Shown: positions 9,272-18,977 of the stretch, one piece after another | Layout of the letters: each line of letters begins with the position of its first letter | Position numbering within the stretch: position 1 is the stretch's first letter | Source: Devosia sp. | GTDB taxonomy: Bacteria; Pseudomonadota; Alphaproteobacteria; Rhizobiales; Devosiaceae | NCBI RefSeq assembly: GCF_036406155.1 | Contig: NZ_DASWVV010000074.1 | Span: forward strand, 4,005-68,004 | DNA length: 64,000 nucleotides | Direction: 5' to 3' | The notes under the pieces: model-generated | What the model saw: only the letters and a program-made list of their open reading frames with translations | Told to the model about the DNA's origin: nothing | Database searches by the model: none | Translations under genes and position numbers: made by a program

Positions 9272-10182
9272 TTCCGCCCTCCCCTGAGCTCGGAATAGAG
9301 GTAGGGCACGATGATGGCCATGATCGTCACCAGCATCATCACCGCGCTGGCCGCGGCGACGCCCAGTTCGCTGCGCTGGAAGGCGAAGGAATACATGAAG
9401 GTTGCCGGCAGGTCGGTGGCGTAGCCCGGCCCGCCATTGGTCAGAGCCACCACGAGGTCGTAGCTCTTGATGGCGATGTGGGCGAGGACGATGATCGAAC
9501 TGAGGAACACCGGGCGGATGATCGGCAGGATGATCGTCGCATAGGTGCGAACCGGCCCGGCCCCGTCGATGGCGGCGGCGCGGATGATCTCGTCGTCGAC
9601 GGACCTGAGCCCGGCAAGGAACAGGGCCATGACGTAGCCCGACGACTGCCACACGCCGGCGATGACCACGGTGTAGATGGCCATGTGCGGGTCGATCAGC
9701 CAGTCGAAGCTGAACCCGGGAAAGCCCAGCTCCTGGACGAATTTCTCGATGCCGAGCGTGGGGTTGAGGATCCACTTCCACGCCGTGCCGGTGACGATGA
9801 AGGAGAGCGCCATCGGGTAGAGGTAGATGGTGCGGATCACCCCTTCGATACGGATGCGCTGGTCGAGCAGGATGGCCAGGAGGATGCCGATCGCCATGCA
9901 GCCGGCGATGAACAGCCCGCTGAAGACGAACAGGTTCTGCAGCGCCACGTACCAGCGCGGCGTGCTCCACAGGCGCTCGTATTGCAGCAGCCCGGCGAGG
10001 TTGTAACTGGGCAGCACGCCCGACCGGGTGAAAGAGATGTAGACGGTCCAGACGATGAAGCCGTAGACGAAGATGAGGCTCGCGGCGAACAGCGGCGAAA
10101 CCACGATCTGCGGCAGCCAGCGCTCGAGAAAGCGGTCGATGCCGAGGGTGCGGGCCGATTTCGCTCTGGCAGGCGGCGGCAT
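9268..10182 (-). CDS. Carbohydrate ABC transporter permease
   Basis: RTIYLYPMALSFIVTG, RAAAIDGA loop (glucose ABC permease-like). Confidence 0.9.
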   Translation of the reverse strand: MPPPARAKSARTLGIDRFLERWLPQIVVSPLFAASLIFVYGFIVWTVYISFTRSGVLPSYNLAGLLQYERLWSTPRWYVALQNLFVFSGLFIAGCMAIGILLAILLDQRIRIEGVIRTIYLYPMALSFIVTGTAWKWILNPTLGIEKFVQELGFPGFSFDWLIDPHMAIYTVVIAGVWQSSGYVMALFLAGLRSVDDEIIRAAAIDGAGPVRTYATIILPIIRPVFLSSIIVLAHIAIKSYDLVVALTNGGPGYATDLPATFMYSFAFQRSELGVAAASAVMMLVTIMAIIVPYLYSELRGGRK

Positions 10183-10271
10183 GGCCTGGCTGTCTCCGTG
10201 ACGCTGCGGCGGTCGACGCCGCCCGGCGCGACGACCGGGGCAGGCACCGCCCGCCCCGGCTTCCGCCAGGT

Positions 10272-11498
10272 CTACTGTGCCCTGGCCCGCTCGATGCCCG
10301 CGGCCAGCGCCTTGACGGCGTCGGCGGAGGACATGTCGGTGTTGTAGAACTGGGTCACCAGATCGAGGAATTCCCCGCGATAGCTGCGCGGAATGGCCAT
10401 CTCCTGGCTGAGGCTCGGCACCAGCGTGTTGTTGCCGATGGAGGCAAGCAGATCCTCATGCGACTTGACGGCGCAGGAATCGAACTTGTCGAGCGCCACG
10501 TCCGTGCGTGCCGGGATCGACCCCTTGGCGAGGTTGAACGTCTCCTGGAAGCTCGGCGACATGACGAGGCTCGCCAGCACCTTCTGGCCCTTGACCTTGT
10601 CTTCGCCGCTGACCTTGAAGAACACGAAGCTGTCGGAGTTGAGGATATAGCCGCCCTGGTCGGGAGCGGGCGCGCACCAATAGTCGGTGCCCGGCACCTT
10701 GCCGGCCGCCGCGAACTCGCCCTTGGCCCAGTCGCCCATGATCTGGAACGCCGCCTCGCCGTTCATGACCATGCGGGTCGCGAGATCCCAGGAGCGGCCG
10801 GCGAAGCCCTCGTCCACATAGCCGCGCATCTTGCGCATCTGGTCGAAGACCTTGACCATGGTGTCGCTGGTGAGCGCCGCCGGATCGAGCTGCACGATGG
10901 CCTTCTGGTAGAACTCGGCACCGCCGACCCCGAGTGCGACCACGTCCCACAGGGTCAGGTCCTGCCACGGATCGCTGCCATTGGCCAAGGGCGTGATCCC
11001 CGCCTCCTTGAGCTTGTCGGCGATTGCGTTGAACTCGTCCCAGGTGGTCGGCATGGTGGTGACGCCGACCTTGGCCAGCACGGCCGGGTTGGCCCAGATC
11101 CAGTCGACGCGATGGATGTTGACCGGGGCGGCGACGTATTTGTTCTCGTATTTCATGATGGCGGCGAGTACGGGCGGCAGCACCGCATCCCAGTTCTCCG
11201 CCTTGGCGACATCGTCGACATCGGCGAGCGCCCCCTGCTCCGCCCATTCCTGGATGCCCGGTCCCTTGAGCTGGACGGCCGAAGGCGGATTGCCGGCAAC
11301 GACGCGGGCGCGCAGCGCGGTCATCGCCGCATCGCCGCCGCCCCCGGCGATGGGAGAGTCGATCCAGGTGCCGCCCTGCGCCTCGAAGGCGGCCTTCAGC
11401 TCGCCGACCGCCCTGGCTTCACCGCCGGACGTCCACCAGTGCAGTACTTCGACGCTTCCGTCGGCAAGGGCGGCAGTGGGCAGCGCCAGGGCCGAAAC
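10272..11498 (-). pseudogene. Glucose-type sugar ABC substrate-binding protein, apparently 5'-truncated (no start codon)
   Basis: Intact mature domain (VEVLHWWTSGGEA, IAGGGG, PVNIHRVDW, QIMGDWAKGEF). Only a signal-peptide remnant VSALALPTAALA follows the upstream gene's stop at 11516, with no in-frame ATG/GTG/TTG or SD between them. Confidence 0.6.
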
Positions 11499-11515
11499 GG
11501 GAGGTCGCCCCGCCC

Positions 11516-11776
11516 TCAGCGCTCCTCGTCGCCGTAGTCCTCGTCGGCGATGAGGATGTCGTATACCGCGGCCGCGCCGCCGACGAGCGGCCGGCGCGCC
11601 CCGCCCATGACGTCGTCTTCGCCCGCCTCCCAGGCGATGGCAGCGTTGATCTCGTCCAGCGTGGCGCCGGTGGCGAGAATGGCGCTGATCTTCCAGTCGG
11701 CGACGTCGCCGCACAGATGGCGCACGTCTTCGTAGCTCGGGCCGGGGCCTCCAAGTCCGTGGGGATCGCTGCTCAT
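11516..11776 (-). CDS. Small acidic hypothetical protein (86 aa)
   Basis: SD AAGGAG upstream; divergent from the HhH gene across a perfect FNR box. Confidence 0.75.
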   Translation of the reverse strand: MSSDPHGLGGPGPSYEDVRHLCGDVADWKISAILATGATLDEINAAIAWEAGEDDVMGGARRPLVGGAAAVYDILIADEDYGDEER

Positions 11777-11868
11777 CTCATGCTCCTTGCCGGTTGGGCC
11801 GTGGGTAAACGCTGCCGATTGCGTGCCGTTGCAGCGGCGATCATTCCACCGCCCGCCCGCTGCGCCGC

Positions 11869-11882
11869 TTGATCGGGATCAA
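11869..11882. promoter_or_regulatory. Perfect FNR/FixK box shared by divergent genes
   Basis: TTGAT-CGGG-ATCAA, exact consensus. Confidence 0.85.
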
Positions 11883-11917
11883 TGGCGCGCCGGGCGCCGT
11901 TTCTAGAGTCGGCGCAA

Positions 11918-12781
11918 ATGCGCGACCGACCCGTCCAGCCCAGCAACGCCGCACTCGCCGCGAGGCTGCGCGAACTCGCCGACCTGCTGACGCAGCAGGG
12001 CGCCGACGGTTTCCGCGTCGCCGCCTGGCGCCGGGGCGCCGAGATCGTCGACGGGCTCGACCGCCCGGTTGCCGAAATTCTCGCGCAACAGGGCCGCGAC
12101 GGCCTCGTCATCCTGCCCGGCATCGGCTACGGCATCGCCGCGGCGCTGGCCGAAATGGTGACGACCGGGCACTGGGCCCAGCTCGACCGGCTACGCGGCA
12201 CGGGCGAGCCGGGACGCCTGTTCCGCACCATCCCCGGCATCGGCCCTGAACTCGCCCGGCGCCTGTGCGAGGGGCTGCCCATCGAGTCCCTCGAAGCGCT
12301 GGAGATCGCCGCCAGCGACGGCAGCCTCGACCGGGTCGCCGGCATCGGCCCGCGTCGGGCGCAGATGATCCGCGCCGTGCTGGCCGAGCGGCTGGGCCGG
12401 CCGCGGCTGCGACAGCGGCGAGACGGCCAGGAGCACCCATCGGTCGGGCTGCTGCTCGACGTCGACCGCGAGTATCGGCAGAAGGCCGCGGCCGGTGCGC
12501 TGCGGACCATCGCACCGCGTCGCTTCAACCCCGCGGGCAGGGCTTGGCTGCCGATCCTGCACACGGGCCGCGGCCCGTGGCAGTTCACGGCGCTGTTCTC
12601 CAACACCGCGCTGGCGCACGAACTGCAGCGCACCGGCGACTGGGTGGTGATCTACTATCATTGCGACGGCCTGCCCGAGGGGCAGTGCACCGTGGTCACC
12701 GAGACGCGCGGTGCCCTCGCCGGCAGGCGCGTCGTGCGCGGCCGCGAGGCCGAGGGCGACACCCTGGCGCAGAGTGCGTGA
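11918..12781 (+). CDS. Helix-hairpin-helix DNA-binding protein with PolX-like N-terminal domain and an unknown C-terminal domain
   Basis: SNAALAARLRELADLL...FRVAAWRRGA...LPGIG (PolX/pol-beta N-domain-like), further HhH motifs IPGIGP and VAGIGP; no polymerase catalytic motifs seen. Confidence 0.8.
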   Translation: MRDRPVQPSNAALAARLRELADLLTQQGADGFRVAAWRRGAEIVDGLDRPVAEILAQQGRDGLVILPGIGYGIAAALAEMVTTGHWAQLDRLRGTGEPGRLFRTIPGIGPELARRLCEGLPIESLEALEIAASDGSLDRVAGIGPRRAQMIRAVLAERLGRPRLRQRRDGQEHPSVGLLLDVDREYRQKAAAGALRTIAPRRFNPAGRAWLPILHTGRGPWQFTALFSNTALAHELQRTGDWVVIYYHCDGLPEGQCTVVTETRGALAGRRVVRGREAEGDTLAQSA

Positions 12782-13881
12782 CGGCGATGGCGCTGACCGC
12801 GATGCTGCTGGCGGGCGACGTGATGACGGGACGGGGCATCGACCAAATCCTGCCCCACCCGTCCGACCCGGTGCTGTATGAAGGCTATCTCACCTCGGCG
12901 GCGGACTATGTGCGCATTGCCGAGCGGGCCAACGGCCCGATCCCGCGCGGGGCGGGCTTCGACTATGTCTGGGGCGACGCGCTGGACCTGCTGGCCGGCC
13001 CCGCGCCGGTGCTCGTCAATCTCGAGACGGCGGTGACGCGCTCCGACCTGCACTGGCCCAAGGGCATCAACTACCGCATGCATCCGGACAATCTGCCGGT
13101 GCTGGCGGCGGCGGGGATCGACTGCTGCACGCTCGCCAACAACCACGTGCTGGACTGGGGCGAGCGCGGGCTGCTCGAGACCCTCGACGTGCTGGCAGCG
13201 GCCGGGATCGCAACGGCCGGCGCCGGGCGCGACGCCACCGAGGCGGCGGCGCCGGCGGTGCTGGAACTGGCGGGGGGCGGGCGCCTGCTGGTGCATGCCG
13301 CCAGCCGCCCCAGCAGCGGCGTGCCGGCCGAATGGGCTGCAGGCGAGGAGCGGCCCGGCGTCGCCTTCCTGCCCGACGGGCGGCCGGCGGAAACGGCGCG
13401 CCTCGCGGCGCGCATCGCCGCCGGCAAGCGGCCCGGCGACATCGTCGTCTGCTCGCTCCACTGGGGGCCGAACTGGGGCTACGGCATCGACCCGACCGAC
13501 CGCCGCCTCGCCCATCAGCTGATCGAGGCCGGCGCCGACGTGGTCTGCGGCCATTCCTCGCACCACCCCAAGGCGGCCGAAGTGCATCGCGGCAAACTCG
13601 TCGTCTACGGCTGCGGCGACTTTCTCAACGACTACGAGGGCATCGGCACGGAGCGCGGCCTGCGCAGCGATTTGTCCCTGCTCTGGATGCCGGTGGTCGA
13701 CAGCGCCGACGGCAGCCTCGCCGGCCTCGAAATGGTGCCCTTCCGCATCCGCAATTTCCGCCTCGCTGCTGCGGACAGCACGGAGGCGGCAGCGCTGCAC
13801 CAGGTCATGGATCGTGAGTGCCGGCGCTTCGGCCGAGGCGTCGCGCTCACGGACGGGCGCCTGCGCCTCGAACTCGCGTAG
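12778..13881 (+). CDS. CapA/PgsA-family metallophosphoesterase
   Basis: GDVMTGRG, NLETAVT, ANNHVLDWG, SLHWGPNWG, GHSSHH, YGCGDFLNDYEG; GTG overlaps the upstream TGA (alternative ATG at 12787). Confidence 0.88.
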   Translation: MTAMALTAMLLAGDVMTGRGIDQILPHPSDPVLYEGYLTSAADYVRIAERANGPIPRGAGFDYVWGDALDLLAGPAPVLVNLETAVTRSDLHWPKGINYRMHPDNLPVLAAAGIDCCTLANNHVLDWGERGLLETLDVLAAAGIATAGAGRDATEAAAPAVLELAGGGRLLVHAASRPSSGVPAEWAAGEERPGVAFLPDGRPAETARLAARIAAGKRPGDIVVCSLHWGPNWGYGIDPTDRRLAHQLIEAGADVVCGHSSHHPKAAEVHRGKLVVYGCGDFLNDYEGIGTERGLRSDLSLLWMPVVDSADGSLAGLEMVPFRIRNFRLAAADSTEAAALHQVMDRECRRFGRGVALTDGRLRLELA

Positions 13882-13890
13882 GCGCCGCCG

Positions 13891-14334
13891 TCAGTGGCGG
13901 GCGAATATTTCCGTGGCGCCGTCGCGGCGGATGAGCAGCACGTCGTAGCTCTCGGCCCCGGCGCCCTCCATCCCGGGCGAACCCAGCGGCATCCCCGGCG
14001 CCGACAGCCCCACCGCGTCGGGGCGCTCGGCCAGGAGGCGGACGACGTCGCCGGCCGGCACGTGGCCCTCGACGACATAGCCTTCGACCAGCGCGGTGTG
14101 GCAGGATTCGAGACCCGGTCCGATGCCGGCCGCGGCCTTGAGCGCACCCATGTGCTCGGGCGCGACGTCCGTTGCCGCGACCGTGAAGCCGTGCTGGCGC
14201 ATATGCGCGATCCAGCCTTCGCAGCAGCCGCAGCCGGCATCCTTGAACACCTCAAGCGTGGCGGCGGCGGCGCCGGCCCCGGTGACGGGCAGCAGCAGCG
14301 CGGCAGCCGAAAGCAGCAAAGTCCTGCGTCGCAT
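13891..14334 (-). CDS. DUF411/CopG-like periplasmic metal-binding protein
   Basis: Signal peptide MRRRTLL..., CGCC, SCHTA, EGHVPA, PGMPLGSPGME. Confidence 0.88.
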   Translation of the reverse strand: MRRRTLLLSAAALLLPVTGAGAAAATLEVFKDAGCGCCEGWIAHMRQHGFTVAATDVAPEHMGALKAAAGIGPGLESCHTALVEGYVVEGHVPAGDVVRLLAERPDAVGLSAPGMPLGSPGMEGAGAESYDVLLIRRDGATEIFARH

Positions 14335-14521
14335 CAATCGCTCCTTCTCGTGCCAGCCCCCTCTAGCACACCGGCGGCGCCGGTGCTCATCACCTCGGCG
14401 TGCGTCTCGTTGCGACCGCTGCTTCCGTGGCATATGGGGTGGACTCGGCCCCTGCGCAGTGTATAGGCGGTGGAACACCTGCTCCCCGCCTCCGGCGCCC
14501 CCAGAGCGAGAATGCCAGACC

Positions 14522-15226
14522 ATGTCGACGCCGGTCATCGAAACCACGGACACCAATCTGCACCTGATGTCCGGCAAGGTGCCGCTGCACATCCTCAAGG
14601 ACATCAACCTGCGGGTCGAGGCCGGCGAGGTGGTGGCCACCGTCGGGCCGTCCGGCAGTGGCAAGACCTCGCTGCTGATGGTGCTGAGCGGCCTCGAGCG
14701 GGCAACGAGCGGCAAGGTGGTGGTGGCGGGCCAGGACATCACCGGGCTCGATGAGGACCAGCTCGCCATCTTCCGGCGCCGCAACCTCGGCATCCTGTTC
14801 CAGAACTTCCACCTGATCCCGTCCCTGACGGCGCTCGAGAACGTCACGCTGGCGCTCGAGATCGCCGAAACCGGCCAGCCCTTCAAACAGATGCAGGCCG
14901 CCGCCGCCGCCGCGCTCGAGGAAGTTGGACTGGCCGACCGGCTGACCCACCTGCCCAGCGCGCTGTCGGGCGGCGAGCAGCAGCGGGTCGGGCTGGCGCG
15001 CGCCATGGTGACGCGGCCGCGGCTGCTGCTGGCCGACGAGCCGACCGGCAACCTCGACCAGGACACCGGGGCGCGCGTCATCGCGCTGATGTTCGACCTG
15101 GCGCGCAAACAGCACACGGCCGTGATGCTGATCACCCATGACCGCGCCCTGGCCGCACGGGCCGACCGCAGGCTCCTGATGAACCACGGCCAACTGTCGG
15201 AGGAAGCCGGGGTCGCGCAGCCGTGA
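14522..15226 (+). CDS. ABC transporter ATP-binding protein (YbbA/LolD-like)
   Basis: [31 protein letters not shown]. Confidence 0.9.
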   Translation: MSTPVIETTDTNLHLMSGKVPLHILKDINLRVEAGEVVATVGPSGSGKTSLLMVLSGLERATSGKVVVAGQDITGLDEDQLAIFRRRNLGILFQNFHLIPSLTALENVTLALEIAETGQPFKQMQAAAAAALEEVGLADRLTHLPSALSGGEQQRVGLARAMVTRPRLLLADEPTGNLDQDTGARVIALMFDLARKQHTAVMLITHDRALAARADRRLLMNHGQLSEEAGVAQP

Positions 15227-17769
15227 GGCGGCTCCTCGACTGGATGCGCGTGGGGCTCGTCGACCTGCGCGGGGATCTGCGCCGCTTCGGCGTGCTCATC
15301 GCCTGCCTCGCGCTCGGCACCGGCGTCATCGCCGCGGTCGGCTCGGTGGGCGACAGCCTGCGGATCGCCGTGGTGCGCGATGCGACGACGCTGCTGGGCG
15401 GCGATCTCGAAGCCTCGCGGCCCGATCGCGACGCCACCGCCGAGGAACTGGCCTTCTTCGAAATGCTGGGGGAGGTGACCAGCGTCGTCGACAGCAACGC
15501 CCGCGCCGCGGCCGGCGACAACAGTGCCTTCGCCGACCTGCTCGCCGTCGCCGGCAACTACCCGCTGCTCGGCAACGTGGTGAGCCCGCAGCTGACGCCG
15601 GGCGACAAGCCCGCCGTACTGCTGGGGGAACGCGACGGCCGCTACGGCGCCATCGTCGACGTCGTGCTGCTCGACCGGCTCGGCATCGCGCTGGGCGACA
15701 AGTTCACCATTGGCGGCCTCGAACTCGAGGCCCGCGGCATCCTCAACACGCTGCCCGACGGCGCCGTGCGCGGCTTTCATCTCGGGCTGACCACGGTGGT
15801 ATCGACCGACGCGCTGGCGCGCATGGACAATCTGCGCCCGCCCCTGCCCGGCATGCTGACCAAGCACCGCTACAAGATCGTGCTGCGGGACATGAGCTAC
15901 GCCGAGGCGGCCGCCGCCATCGCGGCGCAGTTCAACGACAAGGACTGGAGCACGCGCTCCCCGCGCGAAGCGGCGGGCAGCCTCGCCCGCTATTACGACC
16001 TGTTCGCGCGGTTTCTCCTGATCGTCGGGCTGTCGTCGCTGCTGGTCGGCGGCGTCGGCGTCTCCAACGGCGTCACCGCCTATATCGGTGACCGCCAGCG
16101 CTCCATCGCCACCATGCGCAGCCTCGGGGCGACCGGCCGGCGCATCCTGGTGCACTTCATGACCCAGGTCGGCGTGCTGACGGCGATCGGGGTGGGCCTC
16201 GGCGTGCTGCTCGGCGGCGTCTCGTCGCTGCTCATGCTGCCGCTTCTCGGCCGGGCGCTGGGCGTCGACCTGCCGGCGCTGATCGAGCCCATGCCGCTGC
16301 TGGCCGCGGCGGGCTTCGGCGTGCTGGCCGGCTTCGCCTATTCCTACCTGCCGCTGGTGCGGGCGCAGAAGGTGAGCCCGGCCATGCTGTTCCGCGCGCT
16401 CGGCGCCGTGCTGCCGCCGCCGGCCCGCCGGGACATGCTGCGCCCCGGCGTCGTCGCGCCCATCGCCCTCGCCGTCGCCGGCATCTTCGTGCTTGCCGTG
16501 CTCATCACCGGCGACCCGTGGCTGGTGGGCGGCTACGCCGTCGGCGTCGTCTTCGCCTTCCTGCTGCTGCGGGGCTCGGCGTGGCTGCTGCAGGGCGCGC
16601 TGCGGCGGCTGCCGCCGGCCGCGCCCAGCCGGCTGCGCCACGCGCTGCACAACATGTACCGGCCGGGCTCGACCGCGCCGGTGGTGATCATGTCGCTCGG
16701 CCTCGGGCTCGCCATGCTGCTGGTCATCGCCCTGCTCAACGCCAACCTGCATAGCCAGTTGCTGGGCGCCGTGAGCCGCGACGCCCCCACTTTCGTCGCC
16801 ACCGACCTGTTCGACGACGAGGTCGCGACCCTCGAAGGGATGGCCCGCAGCGACCCGTTCCTCGCCCGCTTCGAATCCAGCCCGATGCTGCGCGGCAAGA
16901 TCACCCGCCTCGCCGGGGTCGACCCGGACACCCTCACCGGCATCAGCGAGGAGGCCGAGTTCCTGCTCGGCGACGAGGTGCCGATCACCTGGGTACGCGA
17001 CCTGCCGGCGGGATCGACCGTGGTGGACGGGACGTGGTGGCCGCCCGACTACGACGGCCCGCCGCTGGTATCGCTGCGCATCAGCATGAAGGCCGACCTC
17101 GGGCTCGCCGTCGGCGACAAGCTGAGCTTCGAGCTCTACGGCGAGACGATCGAGGCGACGATCGCCAATTTCCGCGACTACGAGTATCAGCAGGGGATCA
17201 ACTTCATCGTCACCCTGTCGCCCGGGGTCGTCGAGGCCTTCCCCTCGACCTTCCTCGGCACCATCAAGGCGGCGGAGGGCCACGAGAAGGACCTCGAGCG
17301 CGAGTTGGTCCGCGCCTTCCCCGAGGTGACCTTCATTCCCATCGGCGATGCCCTCAACCAGGCGGTCAGCATCCTCGGTCAGCTCGGCACGGCGGTGAAC
17401 ATCGTGGGCGGGCTGGCCGTGGTCAACGGCCTGCTCGTGCTGGCCGGAACCATGGCGGCGGGGCGCAAGCAGCGCGAGGCCGACGCCACCGTGCACAAGG
17501 TGCTGGGGGCCACCCGCGCCGACGTCGTCTGGGCGTTCGCGCTCGAATACTGCCTGCTTGGGGCGTTCGCGGCGGCGATCGCCACCATCGTCGGTGTCGC
17601 CGGCGCCTGGGCCATCACCGAGAGCGCCATCGACATCGGCTTTTCCGCCGACCCGGTGCTGATCGCCGAGGTCATCGTCGGGGCAGTGCTGCTGACCGTC
17701 GCCGCCGGCGCGGCGACCACGTGGAAGGCGCTGTCGGCGCGGCCGGCGCGGTTCCTGCGCGAAGCCTGA
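15223..17769 (+). CDS. FtsX-like ABC permease (YbbP type)
   Basis: 848 aa with two TM blocks, IACLALG, LLGGDL, MRSLGA; GTGA overlap with the ATPase. Confidence 0.88.
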   Translation: MRRLLDWMRVGLVDLRGDLRRFGVLIACLALGTGVIAAVGSVGDSLRIAVVRDATTLLGGDLEASRPDRDATAEELAFFEMLGEVTSVVDSNARAAAGDNSAFADLLAVAGNYPLLGNVVSPQLTPGDKPAVLLGERDGRYGAIVDVVLLDRLGIALGDKFTIGGLELEARGILNTLPDGAVRGFHLGLTTVVSTDALARMDNLRPPLPGMLTKHRYKIVLRDMSYAEAAAAIAAQFNDKDWSTRSPREAAGSLARYYDLFARFLLIVGLSSLLVGGVGVSNGVTAYIGDRQRSIATMRSLGATGRRILVHFMTQVGVLTAIGVGLGVLLGGVSSLLMLPLLGRALGVDLPALIEPMPLLAAAGFGVLAGFAYSYLPLVRAQKVSPAMLFRALGAVLPPPARRDMLRPGVVAPIALAVAGIFVLAVLITGDPWLVGGYAVGVVFAFLLLRGSAWLLQGALRRLPPAAPSRLRHALHNMYRPGSTAPVVIMSLGLGLAMLLVIALLNANLHSQLLGAVSRDAPTFVATDLFDDEVATLEGMARSDPFLARFESSPMLRGKITRLAGVDPDTLTGISEEAEFLLGDEVPITWVRDLPAGSTVVDGTWWPPDYDGPPLVSLRISMKADLGLAVGDKLSFELYGETIEATIANFRDYEYQQGINFIVTLSPGVVEAFPSTFLGTIKAAEGHEKDLERELVRAFPEVTFIPIGDALNQAVSILGQLGTAVNIVGGLAVVNGLLVLAGTMAAGRKQREADATVHKVLGATRADVVWAFALEYCLLGAFAAAIATIVGVAGAWAITESAIDIGFSADPVLIAEVIVGAVLLTVAAGAATTWKALSARPARFLREA

Positions 17770-17787
17770 GGCGCCGGCGGAGCCGCG

Positions 17788-18972
17788 TCAGCGCGGCTTG
17801 ACCGGCGTCCCGTCGGCGAGCCGGTCAGACGGGTGCACGACCACCTCGGCGCCGGCGGCGACGCCAGCGACGACTTCCGCCAGTTCCGCCGTCCGCGCGC
17901 CGATGACGAGCGGCCGCAGCACCGCCCGGCCGGCCTCGACGACGAAGGCGCTCCACTGGTTGTCAGCCCGGAACAGGGCCGCCGTCGGGATCAGCACGGC
18001 CTGCTCCACGCGCTGCGCCTCGATGCTGACGAAGACGCGGTAGAGGTGGCCGAGCCGCGGCCGCGCCGCGGGCGGAGCGAGCAGGTCGAGGTGCACCGGG
18101 ACGCGCTGCTCTTCGACGCCGAGCGCCGATACGCGGGTGAAGCCGGTGGGGTCGATGCGGCGCACCCTGGCGGCCAGCGGCTCCGGCCCGCCCCAGCCGG
18201 TGATGATGGCGGGCGCCCCCGGCGCGATGCGCACGGCGTCGGCCGACAACAGGTCGACCACGATTTCGAGATCGTCCGGCTCGCCGATCTGCAGCAGCGG
18301 GGCGCCGGCCATGATGCTGCGGGCGCTCTCGTTGTCGATGCCGAGCACGGCGCCGGCGACCGGCGCCAGCACCCGGCGCGCCTCGCCATCCGCCGCCGCG
18401 GCCGGGTCGATGAGGCGCGCCTGCGCCTGCTCGAGCTGGTGCGTGCGCATCTCCAGCGCCGCCTGCCCGCTGACGATGAGCGCCTCGCGCCGGGACAGCT
18501 CGAGGCGGGCCTGCTGCGCCGCCTGCAGCGTGGCGATGCCGCGCTCGAGCAGCCGCTCGCCGCGTTCGACCTCGGTCCGCCAGTAGTCCCGCTCGGACAG
18601 CGCGATATCCAGCTCGGACTTGGCCGACATCACACCGGCCTCGGCTGCCCGCACCGCCGCTTCGGCCTCGGCCCGCGAGCGCGGATCGAGCAGGCCGCTC
18701 TCCTGCGGCAGGATCGTCGCGACCACCGCGCCCTGCGCCACCCTGTCGCCGACCCTGACCGGCAGGCGCAGCAATTCGCCACCCACGGGGGCAAAGACCT
18801 GGTAGACATCGCGGACCCGGGCGAGACCCTCCTCGTCGACGGTGATGCGCAAGTCCCCGGTTTCGACCCGGGCAATGTCGACGCCGAGGGGCTGGGGCGA
18901 GAACGCCCACCACAGGCCACCGGCGACGGCGGCCACGAACCCGGCGGCAGCGACGATGCGGCCCCATTTCAT
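17788..18972 (-). CDS. Efflux periplasmic adaptor (MFP/HlyD family)
   Basis: N-terminal TM, lipoyl-like VRVGDRV, coiled coil, FTRVSALGVEEQRV. Confidence 0.88.
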   Translation of the reverse strand: MKWGRIVAAAGFVAAVAGGLWWAFSPQPLGVDIARVETGDLRITVDEEGLARVRDVYQVFAPVGGELLRLPVRVGDRVAQGAVVATILPQESGLLDPRSRAEAEAAVRAAEAGVMSAKSELDIALSERDYWRTEVERGERLLERGIATLQAAQQARLELSRREALIVSGQAALEMRTHQLEQAQARLIDPAAAADGEARRVLAPVAGAVLGIDNESARSIMAGAPLLQIGEPDDLEIVVDLLSADAVRIAPGAPAIITGWGGPEPLAARVRRIDPTGFTRVSALGVEEQRVPVHLDLLAPPAARPRLGHLYRVFVSIEAQRVEQAVLIPTAALFRADNQWSAFVVEAGRAVLRPLVIGARTAELAEVVAGVAAGAEVVVHPSDRLADGTPVKPR

Positions 18973-18977
18973 CGTGC

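Noticed and set aside
11918-12781. Functional DNA polymerase X
   Set aside because: Too short (287 aa), with no palm catalytic motifs or PHP domain.
12778-13881. Poly-gamma-glutamate capsule locus
   Set aside because: No capB/capC/capE nearby and no export or anchor signal; only the metallophosphoesterase fold is supported.
14324-14337. FNR-like sequence CTGCG-TCGC-ATCAA
   Set aside because: Overlaps the DUF411 start codon, has one poor half-site and is not at an activating distance from any start.
14335-17496. 1201-aa minus-strand ORF
   Set aside because: Antisense shadow of the ABC ATPase/permease in GC-rich DNA; only the last 147 aa (DUF411-like) looks real.
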